Source: Podarcis tiliguerta (lineage: Eukaryota). From it: 64,000 nucleotides of DNA. A program made the position numbers and the translations under genes. This document shows positions 13,801 through 23,530 of the stretch, piece by piece; the stretch's first letter is position 1, and every line of letters starts with the position of its first letter. Location: NCBI GenBank assembly GCA_965153285.1, contig OZ229115.1; one strand, written 5' to 3'. The notes under the pieces are model-generated. The model searched no databases and was not told the origin of the DNA. It saw only the letters and a program-made list of their open reading frames with translations.

Positions 13801-16800
13801 CGCAAAGTATTCTGCATTTAGTGCAAGGCAGCTTTTAAATTGTGCAAGCATGCGTTTCTAAAACCACATCGATACAGCATCTGTTTGTTTCTTTTTACAA
13901 CAACAAAAACCTCAGCTGAAGCATCACAGGTGCAGCAGACAACTAATTTGGAACTACTGCCCTCCCAAACTATTATTACTGTTATTATTATTATTGCATT
14001 TATATGCCATCTTTTATCCAAGGAGCTCCAGGTGGCATACATGGTTCTACCCCCTCCTCATTTAATCCTTGCAACAACCCTGTGAGGAAGCCTAGGTTTA
14101 AAGGCAGCGACTGGCCAGGGAACTTCATGGCCAAGTGAGGAATTGAACTCTGGTCTCCAGCACTCTAACCACTGAACCACAATGGGTCTCACGGGTTTAA
14201 GGATCAGGGATAAGAACAGGCTTTCTGCCCATGGACTATTCTGAGCTTTTAGCCTTTGGGACATGGCAAGTTAAAACCCAAATAAACAAATAATGAGGGC
14301 TATTTTGGTACGATACCGTCACACTTGTTCCTGCTTGGAATATCCTGCTCTAAAATATTCCAACAAGAAGATCCGCTGTCTTAAGTATGCCAGACCTTGC
14401 TTTCGTTTTCCATGGTGTTTTATTTTAGGGCAATACCTATTGCCACACATGTGAAATCTGAGCAATGTGGGTAGGGCCTGTGCTATTCTAGAACATGCAA
14501 AGTAGCAGATCTCATATATAAAGGAAAGGCTAAAGGGTAGATAATAAGACCACTTACCACTGCTTTCGTCCCAGTTACAGATGAGAGGGCAGCCAAGGTT
14601 GGGGGGGACAGGACAACACAATCAAGCTTTAAGAACGCTTGTAAGATTTCAGGAACTTGTTTTCTATCTGATTGCCTTATTTGAAGGTTCGGGTTCTGCA
14701 CAGGAACAGTTACTAACAGTGAAGTAAAGTTGTGTATGGCAGGAGAGCCATGCCTTAAAATCAAACTGTTGCTGAATTCCTGTAAACCAGGAGTTGGGAT
14801 CAATTTGAAGTGCAGGAAAAGACCACTGAACTCATACTTTATTCTCTTAAACCACTTCCCCTAGCCATTTCCCCCAGTGGAAATGCTGAATGTAACTTCC
14901 ACTGAGAGAGACAGAGATAAGAAAAGCAGATTCAGGTTAAGGGAGGGTTCAGCACCCACATCTCTCACACACACCCCCATGCTGCACTTTAGGTCATTTG
15001 CCCCACGTTCCAGTTTATAGGATAGATTTCATATGAAGTACAGTGTTGGAATGGAGATGAAAGGAAAAGGCATTTCAGAGAGGTCAAGTACTGTTTTCTG
15101 ACGCATGCCAGGGAACATGCTTGACTCCTGAAAGTCAAAGATCTAAATAGAACTAGCTTAGAACTGTCTGTAGCTTCCTATGCAACTACAAATGCTTTCG
15201 TAAGCTCTCTTCACACAATATAGCCACACTCCCCACAAAGAGCGGGTTCATAGTCTGAGGGTGCTTCTGGGTCCATCTTTGTTGCTAGAGGCCCAGGTGA
15301 CCTCCAAAGCTAAGTGTGCTTCACGCAGTACTGCTGGGACAGCTCAGCTGGTACAGCATGAGATTCTTAATCTCAGTGTCCTGAGTTTGAGTCCCACATT
15401 GGGCAAAAGATTCCTGCATTTTTCGACCCTTGTGGTCCCTTCCAACTCTACAATTCTGTGATTGTATGATAGCATCCCAAGAAGCCACAGTCATTTCATT
15501 TTTGCCCTAATCAAACGTAGGTAATGGCTTCTATGGCATACTAACCAAATTCACAAACAAAGGGTGGGATCCAACATTGCATTGTGATGAATGCTCCATC
15601 TGCACAAGCATTTCAGCTTGCCAGGTGGAACAACCCCCCCCTCACCCCACCTCAAGTGCTATTCTTAGGGGTTCCCCTGATTTCCCCAGAGCTAATTTGG
15701 GGGGGGGGTCCATTGGGGGAGGCGAATCCCTGTTGTGCAAATGGGGTTTATTAGGTGAATTCCACCCTAAGTAATTTGGAGGAAACCAATATTTGCAGAG
15801 GTTCTCAGTGGACGTAAATTGCAAGGGTAACTGACTGTCTTGTTAAAAGTACTTGTGAACTTATTTGCTCCTCCCAGCACCAATATACTGTACTGGAGGA
15901 GAACTTACATCTCTCACATTTTCATTTTTGTCGTTCCTTTAAAGGTATTGTTTCTGTACACCTCAAGAAAGACAGCATGGGCAATTTGAGCCTCATAGCC
16001 TGCCCGCAAACGGATAACCGCAGTTCCCTGGACAATGCCTCCAAGGAGTCTTCAATGACAATTTGGCAGAAGCTCAACCACGCAAACACCAGCAGTGGTG
16101 ACCACACGTTTGTCAAATGGAATCATGGCCCACTCACAAACACCGCCAAAGACAGGTAAGGAGCCCACCTCCAGCAAAACATGCACCTGTGCAATGCCCC
16201 TGCTTCACAAAGCAGCAGTGAACACACCTGGGTTGAACTCAGGTTGTCCTCATCCTTGAGGGTAGCTCAAGAAATGGGAATTCCACATGGAAATAGGAAC
16301 CGCACATAACATTATTCTATCCCAAGGGATGCAAAAGCACTGAGAGCAATTGGAAACACATTCAGCTTTCACACTGAGGGACGTAACTCTTTTCAGTGGC
16401 AAAGTCCTTGTTTAAAGCATCACATGTTGAACAGAAATTAGTGCACTTGGCTTCAGTAAGGGGGCATATCTCTTTCCATCATAAACTAAACCAGGAATGA
16501 AGAAGTTTTACCTTTGTTGGGTAGTTTCTGCACACACCTTTCTATTCTCAAGGCAGACATGCAAGAGGCACCATCAGAGTTCAAGGACACATCCTAGCCA
16601 GGCTTAGAAATATGCACTAAGTTTTACTGGTGTCACTGGGGCTTAGGCATGTTTAACTTACACAATTTCAACTTTGCACGATTGCAAACAAACCGGTCGA
16701 AATCACACAAATCAAATGCATGGAACACAGAGAGCTTCAGAGCTCTTTCTGTGCAGGGTTTCCCCAGTGCATATAAAAATCCACTTGAGAGCCTCTGGGG

Positions 16801-19438
16801 CAAGGTGGAGACCTTAAAAGCCTTTCTGGGAGGGTGGGAGGTAAGACCAGCATGCCATCTCCATAAGGTAAGATTGCCCATGTGGCAGTTCCAAAGGGTT
16901 GCTTGGACTATACATGCTTTTGTGTATACATGCCATCTCCAGAACGTAACCCCTGTGAGTTACCTGCAAGCATGTTTAGGGTCAGATGATAGGCTATTAC
17001 TTCTAGATAGTAGGCTAATCATATCCCCCCTCCTTTTTCTTTTTCTTTTGCATTGTGCGTAGCTGCCAGGGGAAAGCGGTATTACAGACAGACCTTCAGT
17101 ACCACAGAGACGTGTCTTCAATTATGGAGGATGCCAATGGGAACCAGCCAGAAAAGAACAGCTATAATCCCTGGGGACTGTACTGCCATAAACAGCATCT
17201 AAACCGCATGTCTTCGAAGTATAATGAGAACAAACTTCATCGTATCTTTTTCCTAGCTGTTTTTCTACAGTTTATTTTATTTTTATAATCCCAAGGTTGC
17301 AATGCAGAACTCCCAGTATCCCTTTCACTTTTAATAATAGATGAGCATTTCAACATACATATATATATTGTGGATAACTTGTTCTAATTTTAGGCTCTAG
17401 CAGTACTCGATAAAATAGAAATACATAAGGAACAATCCCGTACAGTTTAGTCATAATAAGTAATGGTATTTGTTTCAGTGGGACTAGGGCTGGAACACTT
17501 ACTTGGGAGTAAGTGCATGGAACTCAATGAGACATACTTACAAGCAGGCAAGTATCACAGTGTTAGTCACAACTAATATATGCTGGATTTTGCCCACATT
17601 CCCAAGCAGTGTATGAACCTTGTCTCAAAAATACTGAAACAATAAATCGAAAAAATGCAAATAAATGTTTATTTATATTATTTCTAGTCCACCTTATAAC
17701 AGAAGTTCTCTGTCACAATGTGCCATGTTCACAATATGGGAGGGAGGAGAATTTCATCTCATAGATTTTTAGCTTCACTGTTTTATTTCATGTCTAGGAA
17801 GCTGAGTTTCAAAATATGAAAAGCTGAGTTTTGCACTCCTCTAATATCACTTCGACAATTTTTAAAAGCTATGCATTCAAATGTAAAAGTTTCAAAGGGA
17901 AGTTTTAAGCAGTCTGGATTTGCTCTGATTTTCCTTTCAGCTCTACTTTATGTCACTCAGTGGGGGGAAAGGGGGGGGGAGTCTACATGCACAAAAATCT
18001 GTCTGAAGTCATGTAAGACCCAGCTCCTGATACACATCTCAAAACCCAATCATGTAATAAGAACTTCCTATCAACCTTTATGCATTGGTTGGTGTCCTTT
18101 ATACCTGGAAAGCCTCCACCAGCCTTTAGCAGTGACTGTAAATGATGGACAGCTCAGAGGCAGTAGAACACCCCCAGGATAAATGAGTTGAGATGGAAAC
18201 AAAAAGCTGGTCAGGGGAGCTAGGGCAGGTGGACTGCAAAGTTTTGCTACAGTTGTAAACCTAAGTAAAAAAAATTGATTTCCTTAACTCATGTGTCCAG
18301 AATTTTTGTTGCTTGAAAATGTGGTATCCAAATACAAATGCCCTTGCATTCTGGACTTAAAGATGGGAACCAGACAGCATGGTGATGATGCATCAGAAGA
18401 GAAGAAAGCACGCCAAATAAAGAAGTGTGAACAGAGCACATCAGCATCCCTTGGAGCCCGTATTTGTGGGATGCAGGTAAGAGCAGCTCATTCTAGTGTT
18501 TCGGAATAAGAAAAGAAGCACACAGGTGTGTCATCAGAGAGTACATTCTTCAACAAAGAAATAGGGCTTGGAATGAAACTATAATATATACCAACTGAGA
18601 ATGTAGCATTAGGAAAAATAACATTATTGATTTTACAGCTCAGCTTTAGCCTGACTATTTCCTTTGTAAAAAAAAAAGAATCGAGATAATAAACCTGAAA
18701 TATTTGCTGATTTGTGAAGTTTGTCTAGCATAGAAAGGTGAAAGATACCTCCTAAATATTATAGCTTTTTTAGAAAAAACACTTCCTACTTCTTTATGCA
18801 AAAACAGAGTACAGTCCTCATGTTGCTGAAAATCAGTAACAAAATCCCCTCAGAGTAGCTGTTGTTGCTACAACAATTAAGATTCCTGTAACGCCCTAAA
18901 AATAAGAACAGCCTATAGAAAATAACTTCTCAAATGGCTAATGTGTTGTCCTTTGTTCTTTTTTCCCAAGGTCTACCAGGCAGACACCGTTCAATATCTC
19001 TGCAAAGATAAGTACTATGGGCGGAAACTCTCACCAGACGGCTTCAGGCAAGCCCTCTTGCAGTTCCTTCATAATGGGAATCGCCTCCGAACGGATCTTG
19101 TGGAACCCATTGTGTCTCAGTTGAAGGCTCTGCTGTCGGTCATCAAAAAGCAGAACTCTTACCGGTTCTACTCCAGCTCACTTCTCATAAACTATGAGGG
19201 ACTGGACAAAGCAATGCCTTCAGACAATCACCCTCAGGGACACTGTCAGCATAGTAGCTGCTCTGTTCCACATGGAAACAGCCACCCCAAAGTGGATGTC
19301 CGTATGATCGACTTTGCTCATACAACCAACAAAGGCTCTAGGTTTAATCACACCGTCTATGAGGGACCAGATCATGGCTACATTTTCGGTCTAGAAAACC
19401 TAATAAAAACTTTTCAGAGTATCTCTGTGGGAGAATGA
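4678..19438 (+). CDS. IP6K3: Inositol hexakisphosphate kinase 3, complete spliced CDS: 4678-4876, 15945-16155, 17063-17241, 18301-18476, 18971-19438 (1233 nt, 410 aa)
   Basis: [18 protein letters not shown] (PxxxDxKxG), SSLL and MIDFAH inositol phosphate kinase motifs; exon lengths 199+211+179+176+468 stay in frame; position next to UQCC2 and ITPR3 identifies the IP6K3 paralog. Confidence 0.96.
5800..6028. mobile_element. Tigger/pogo-like (Tc1/mariner superfamily) MITE, family A
   Basis: TA-CAGTGGTACCTCGGGTTA left terminus; near-identical to other copies; right end altered. Confidence 0.85.
6653..6891. mobile_element. Tigger/pogo-like MITE, related subfamily
   Basis: TA-CAGTGATACTTCGG ... 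CCAAGGTACCACTG-TA. Confidence 0.8.
7456..7686. mobile_element. Tigger/pogo-like MITE, family A (opposite orientation to 5800 copy)
   Basis: TIRs and TA target duplication. Confidence 0.9.
13975..14185 (-). mobile_element. tRNA-derived squamate SINE with AAT-rich tail (similar copies near 59460-59650 and 63270-63450)
   Basis: minus-strand head GTGGTTCAGTGGTTAGAG..GAGTTCAATTCC, CCTCACAGGGTTGTTG core. Confidence 0.6.
15333..15469 (+). mobile_element. tRNA-Lys(CTT)-derived SINE with CR1-like tail, nested in an L2-like RT fragment
   Basis: head resembles tRNA-Lys (AGCATGAGAtTCTTAATCTCAG...CCCACaTTGGGC); tail GGTCCCTTCCAACTCT..ATTCTGTGA; left flank 15240-15330 reads like degenerate RSLGVLLDPSL.LEAQV. 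Confidence 0.7.
15945..16155 (+). CDS. IP6K3: IP6K3 coding exon 2 ([19 protein letters not shown]...AKD)
   Basis: acceptor tttaaag|, donor CAG|gtaag, phase 1 to 2. Confidence 0.92.
17063..17241 (+). CDS. IP6K3: IP6K3 coding exon 3 (CQGKAVL...[12 protein letters not shown]...NKLH)
   Basis: conserved NPW..CH motif; U12-type donor gtatcttt. Confidence 0.92.
17242..18300 (+). other. U12-type (minor spliceosome) GT-AG intron of IP6K3
   Basis: 5' GTATCTTT, branch TTCCTTAAC at 18280-18288, no polypyrimidine tract, CAG 12 nt later. Confidence 0.9.
18301..18476 (+). CDS. IP6K3: IP6K3 coding exon 4 (FLLLENVV...PCILDLKMG...CGMQ)
   Basis: inositol-binding motif; donor CAG|gtaag. Confidence 0.96.
18971..19438 (+). 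CDS. IP6K3: IP6K3 final coding exon (VYQADT...SVGE*)
   Basis: SSLL and IDFAH motifs, TGA stop. Confidence 0.96.
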   Translation, partial: VYQADTVQYLCKDKYYGRKLSPDGFRQALLQFLHNGNRLRTDLVEPIVSQLKALLSVIKKQNSYRFYSSSLLINYEGLDKAMPSDNHPQGHCQHSSCSVPHGNSHPKVDVRMIDFAHTTNKGSRFNHTVYEGPDHGYIFGLENLIKTFQSISVGE

Positions 19439-19868
19439 CAACGACTGAACTAACAAGAGACCTTGTGGTTGTAAAAGGCACACCCCGTACTTCAGAGCAA
19501 TGGCTCTTCCAGCAACTATGTCACAGCCAGAGTTTTCAGGGGGTGAACTGATGGCATATTAGGAAAAACTCTGAAGATACTAAATGCGACTGTGGATTAC
19601 ACAGAATCCATCATACCTGCGATCCATAAGAAGGTTATTGGCCTTCCTTGTTTTAATGTTGTCCATTCATATCATTTCTCAGCTAGAAGGAAATGTTACT
19701 TGAAAATCATTTTAGGACTTGTTCATAAAGCACCATTTAGACTTGCAAGGCCGACAGAGGCCAAATACATGCTGTGCTCCTGAAAAGGGTGGTATAGATA
19801 GTTTAGCAAGTCCTTAAAAACCTCCAGCTTTACATTTTAATACACTGTTTGGTGGGCCAAGGACTTTC

Positions 19869-19874
19869 AATAAA
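19869..19874 (+). terminator. IP6K3 proximal polyadenylation signal candidate
   Basis: AATAAA about 430 nt after the stop. Confidence 0.4.
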
Positions 19875-20933
19875 GCAATCAGATGACAACCATGCTCCAC
19901 AAGTTCAGCCGCCACCAAACTCTGGCACTTTAAAAATGGACTGTAGATCAATTCCTTGATTCTTTATATTCCATACCAGAGTGTGTGGGGGAAAGTATTC
20001 TCCAAGGAATCCATGTGTCAGCCGAAAGGAGTGAGTGAGTAAAGCAATAAAAAGCAGGCGCAGAAGCAGGCAGGGGCGAGATAGCCCCTCCTGGAATAAG
20101 ACAGTGCTTTCCAAGGTTCTCTGATGGAAGAGCTAGAAGGGCTGTTACGGAGAGGGTGCAAAATCTGTGGAATAACAGCCATAAATGAATTCATGTCATA
20201 TTGGAGAGACGCCACCTGAGGAATTAGACAGGCCTTGAAGACATGTGTGCACAGACATCAGGGTTAGGGCCCAGAGGCGAAGCTAGCTGCTCTGGCACCC
20301 GGAGCGGTGCACATGCTGTGCACTGGGGGCAGGGCCATGGGGCGGGGCAAGCATCTCAAGAGGAGAGACGCCCATGGGAGCAGAGTGAGCTGCCCATGGG
20401 GGGTGGAGCGAGCTGCCCATAGCGGGCTGCTTTCAGGGGGAGAAGGGAGCCACACCGCTTTGCCAGGAGCCTTCCTCCCTTCCCTCTTCCTTTTGCCAGC
20501 TCGGGGGAGGCTCCCCCCCCCCCCAGGAAGCAGCCTGGGAGCAGGGGGCATTAGCGCACCGCCTGCCCGCGACTCCCAAGCTGTCAAAACAAAGGGGGAA
20601 GGCTGCCAGCAAGGCTTGGGGTAGGCTTAGGAGTCACGGGTGGGCAGCACACCGAATGTCACCCCCTCAGTGATGACACCTGTGGCGGTCCGCCCCCAGC
20701 CCCCTTCCTCTGCCCCTGTTAGGGCCCAAGTGTCATCTAGACATTTTGTGTTGCATTTCTGTGCATGTGTGTGCGCGCCAACAAAACTTGACAAAATGTT
20801 TACAGACTTTGTTAATCTTTGTGAATATGGAACCACCAAATAATCGATTCCTTCCTGTGTCCTATGTGACATGGGGAAACTGTTAGAATATGTTTAAATA
20901 GAGAGAAGCCCAAAATGGGAATGTCAAACTGTA

Positions 20934-20939
20934 AATAAA
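20934..20939 (+). terminator. IP6K3 distal polyadenylation signal candidate
   Basis: AATAAA followed by a GT/T-rich tract at about 20970-20995. Confidence 0.5.
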
Positions 20940-21604
20940 TTGCATAGGCCGTGTAACAAACTGGTTAAGTCTGTGTTTCCTTTCTGCTGTTTCTTAAAGA
21001 TCTGTTGGCATTTGCATAATTGCTGTAAAAATCATCATTTCCCCTCGTTTAAATTTCAGGCCTCCAGGGAAATCCTTTTGCTGCCTATGTGTTGCCTGTG
21101 GCTTGCGAATAGCCGCAGATTGTGACAGGAAGATTAAATCATTAGGCCCAGTACATGCTCCGCTTAGACTGCTACCCAGGTGCAGGAAATTGCTAAAAGA
21201 AGTAGTTCTCAATACCAAATATTGCTAACATGCAACTGACAGCGAGCATCCGGAGTAGAACCATTTGAGCTATCAAAGTCTCCAGGCACAAATAGCTGTT
21301 GTCTTCATTTGCACTGCTCATAGAATTCAAATCCTTGTTACACGTAAAAAGAAAAAAGAATCACTCTTCCCCACCCCTTCAAAAAGTAATTAATGCAAAT
21401 CGAAGTTTCCAGAGGGATAGCCATTTTTGTTGCTGCAAAAATAACCAAGCGTATTGTGGAGACTTAAAAGCTACAGGTGCCAACTGGCAAAGTAGTACTC
21501 AGAGCAGTCATATAGAATCTGCATACATATTTTTTAAAAACGCTGTGAAAATGCTTTTTTTAAAAAAAGTTTTGAAAAATAAATTGAATTTTGCATAGCT
21601 CAGC

Positions 21605-21636
21605 GTCGCCATCTAGTGTCACACTTGTATATTGCA
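21605..21636 (-). promoter_or_regulatory. CTCF site with upstream motif
   Basis: minus strand TGCAATATAC-AAGTGT-GACACTAGATGGCGAC. Confidence 0.7.
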
Positions 21637-22269
21637 CTTTACAACACATTTTAAATGTTTTATTTGCAGAGTAAACCCACTGAAATCCATGGATTTAAGT
21701 TAACCAAGTTATATCTATTGATCTTAATGGGTCCACTATGACCACCAGATACCATCCTAGCACATTTTATTATGGCATGAAGTTTCATGGACTTGAGCCC
21801 ACATCATCAGATGCAAATGTAGTTCATTTTCTGCCAAGAGTCAGACAACAACTGTGCATTTTACATATTGTGGGCTATCCAACTAGCCCTTCTGTGTTAA
21901 CCATATGGTTGCATCTTGGAAAGGAGAGCCTTATAATTTGTGTGGCTGTGCAGATTAAGACTGCAATTCTGTCAACATTTACTCTGCAGTAAATCGCAAT
22001 GACTTCTTACTTTGGAGTAACTTGCTTCCGAAATACTAAGTCCCACTGCTTTAAATGAGACTCACTTCTGAATTAACCCCTAAAAGGTACTATGCATCAC
22101 ATACAGGGGAGTAAGAAAAAGATCGCATCCAACTAGCCATGTAAAGCACGTGGCTTCCCCCAAAGAATACTGTGAATTTGAGTTTTATAAGGCTACTGGG
22201 AATTGCTGCTCAGTGAATGATAAACTACAATTCCCAGAATTCTTTGGGAGAAATCATGTGCGAATCAAA

Positions 22270-23530
22270 CTCAAACTCTCCTTTGCTGCTTTGCATAAGC
22301 CGACGCCCCTACCAATCCCTCTCCACTCCCAATACGGGCGCACCGGCAAATACCGAAGAATGAGCGCCATCCCTAAAGTCTTCCCAATCCAACGAATCTT
22401 CATAGAGATAGGAAAAAATAACGATGTAACATGTTCCCAGATTTCTGGATTCTATAACTCCGTTCCCGCACCCCTTGCGCAAACCCACAGAAACCTATAG
22501 AGAAATTCTGGATTTTACAGTAGCTGTCATTGGGCGGCCAAAGAAATTTCAAAAGATAGCAGCAAAGACAGGAGTCATGCTCTTTGTAATTCGGGACTTG
22601 TTTCTTACTGTGACAAACGAATGCAGTTAGTTTCTGAACATTTATAAATGCAAAGTGTCTACAGGCAAGCTTCTGTATGCTACTGGAGGAATTTAGGGAG
22701 ATCGACTTTGGCTGCAATATGGGGGGTGTTTGGCGTGAATCTTTCTCTTTTCTTTTCCTCCCCACCCCACCCCCCAAAAAATAATCCAAGCAAGTCTCAG
22801 ACTGAACCCCAAAGTGCAACTCTGCAGAGCTGTCATAAAGCGCTGGTCTCAACCGCACAGTTTCCAACTTCGGGAAATGATGGTCGGCATTTGGAATTTG
22901 CTTTGTCAGGGCTACTTTTCAAATGCTCAGTTAGTCCCGAGTCAGGAGGAGGAGCATGAAGTCCCTTTGCCGCTAACTCTTAGTTTTCGGTGGGCACGAC
23001 CCAGCTGCTCAATCACAGCGACCGTATCCCAGATTTCATTTCATTTCCATGAACGCCAATGTAAACCCGGAATGCTGTCATCCTGAAGAAGAGAGGCACC
23101 TCTCTAATTTTTCTTATCTCTGTGGCCCCGCGGGTCTGGGAGGCTCTCCCTCTTTCCATCTGCGCAGGTACCAATCCGCTCTCTCCGCTGTAACTAGAGA
23201 GGAACTAGAGAGTCGGAGGAGCCAATCGCCGCGCCTCTGGTGGGAATACAAATGACGAGATTAGCATAGCCCACACCACGTGAGCCACGCTCCAATGGTG
23301 TCACGCAGGCGTCTGCCAAGATGGCGGTGACGCGGTACCGGCGCTTCTTGAAGCTCTGCGAGGAATGGCCCGTGGAGGAGACCAAGCGCGGGCGGGACTT
23401 GGGCACTTTCCTTCGGCAGAGGGTGGCGCAGGCCTTCCGCGAGGGAGAGAACACGCAGGTGGGGCGGGAGCGACGCCCGGAGGGGGACGGGGAGGGGGAA
23501 GGTCGGCGCCCTGGGCAGCTGGTGGTCCCC
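22270..23530 (+). promoter_or_regulatory. UQCC2 CpG-rich promoter
   Basis: high CpG density; CCAAT at 23171, 23222, 23292; CACGTG at 23277-23282; YY1 motif CAAGATGGCGG over the ATG. Confidence 0.8.
23321..23458 (+). CDS. UQCC2: UQCC2 exon 1 (coding part)
   Basis: ATG in CpG island; donor CAG|gtgggg. Confidence 0.96.

Noticed and set aside
15333-15406. Apparent tRNA-Lys gene
   Set aside because: Stems and B-box are mutated and it continues into a LINE-like tail, so it is a SINE head
22400-22867. 155-aa minus-strand ORF upstream of UQCC2
   Set aside because: Non-ATG start, no motif recognised, lies in promoter sequence
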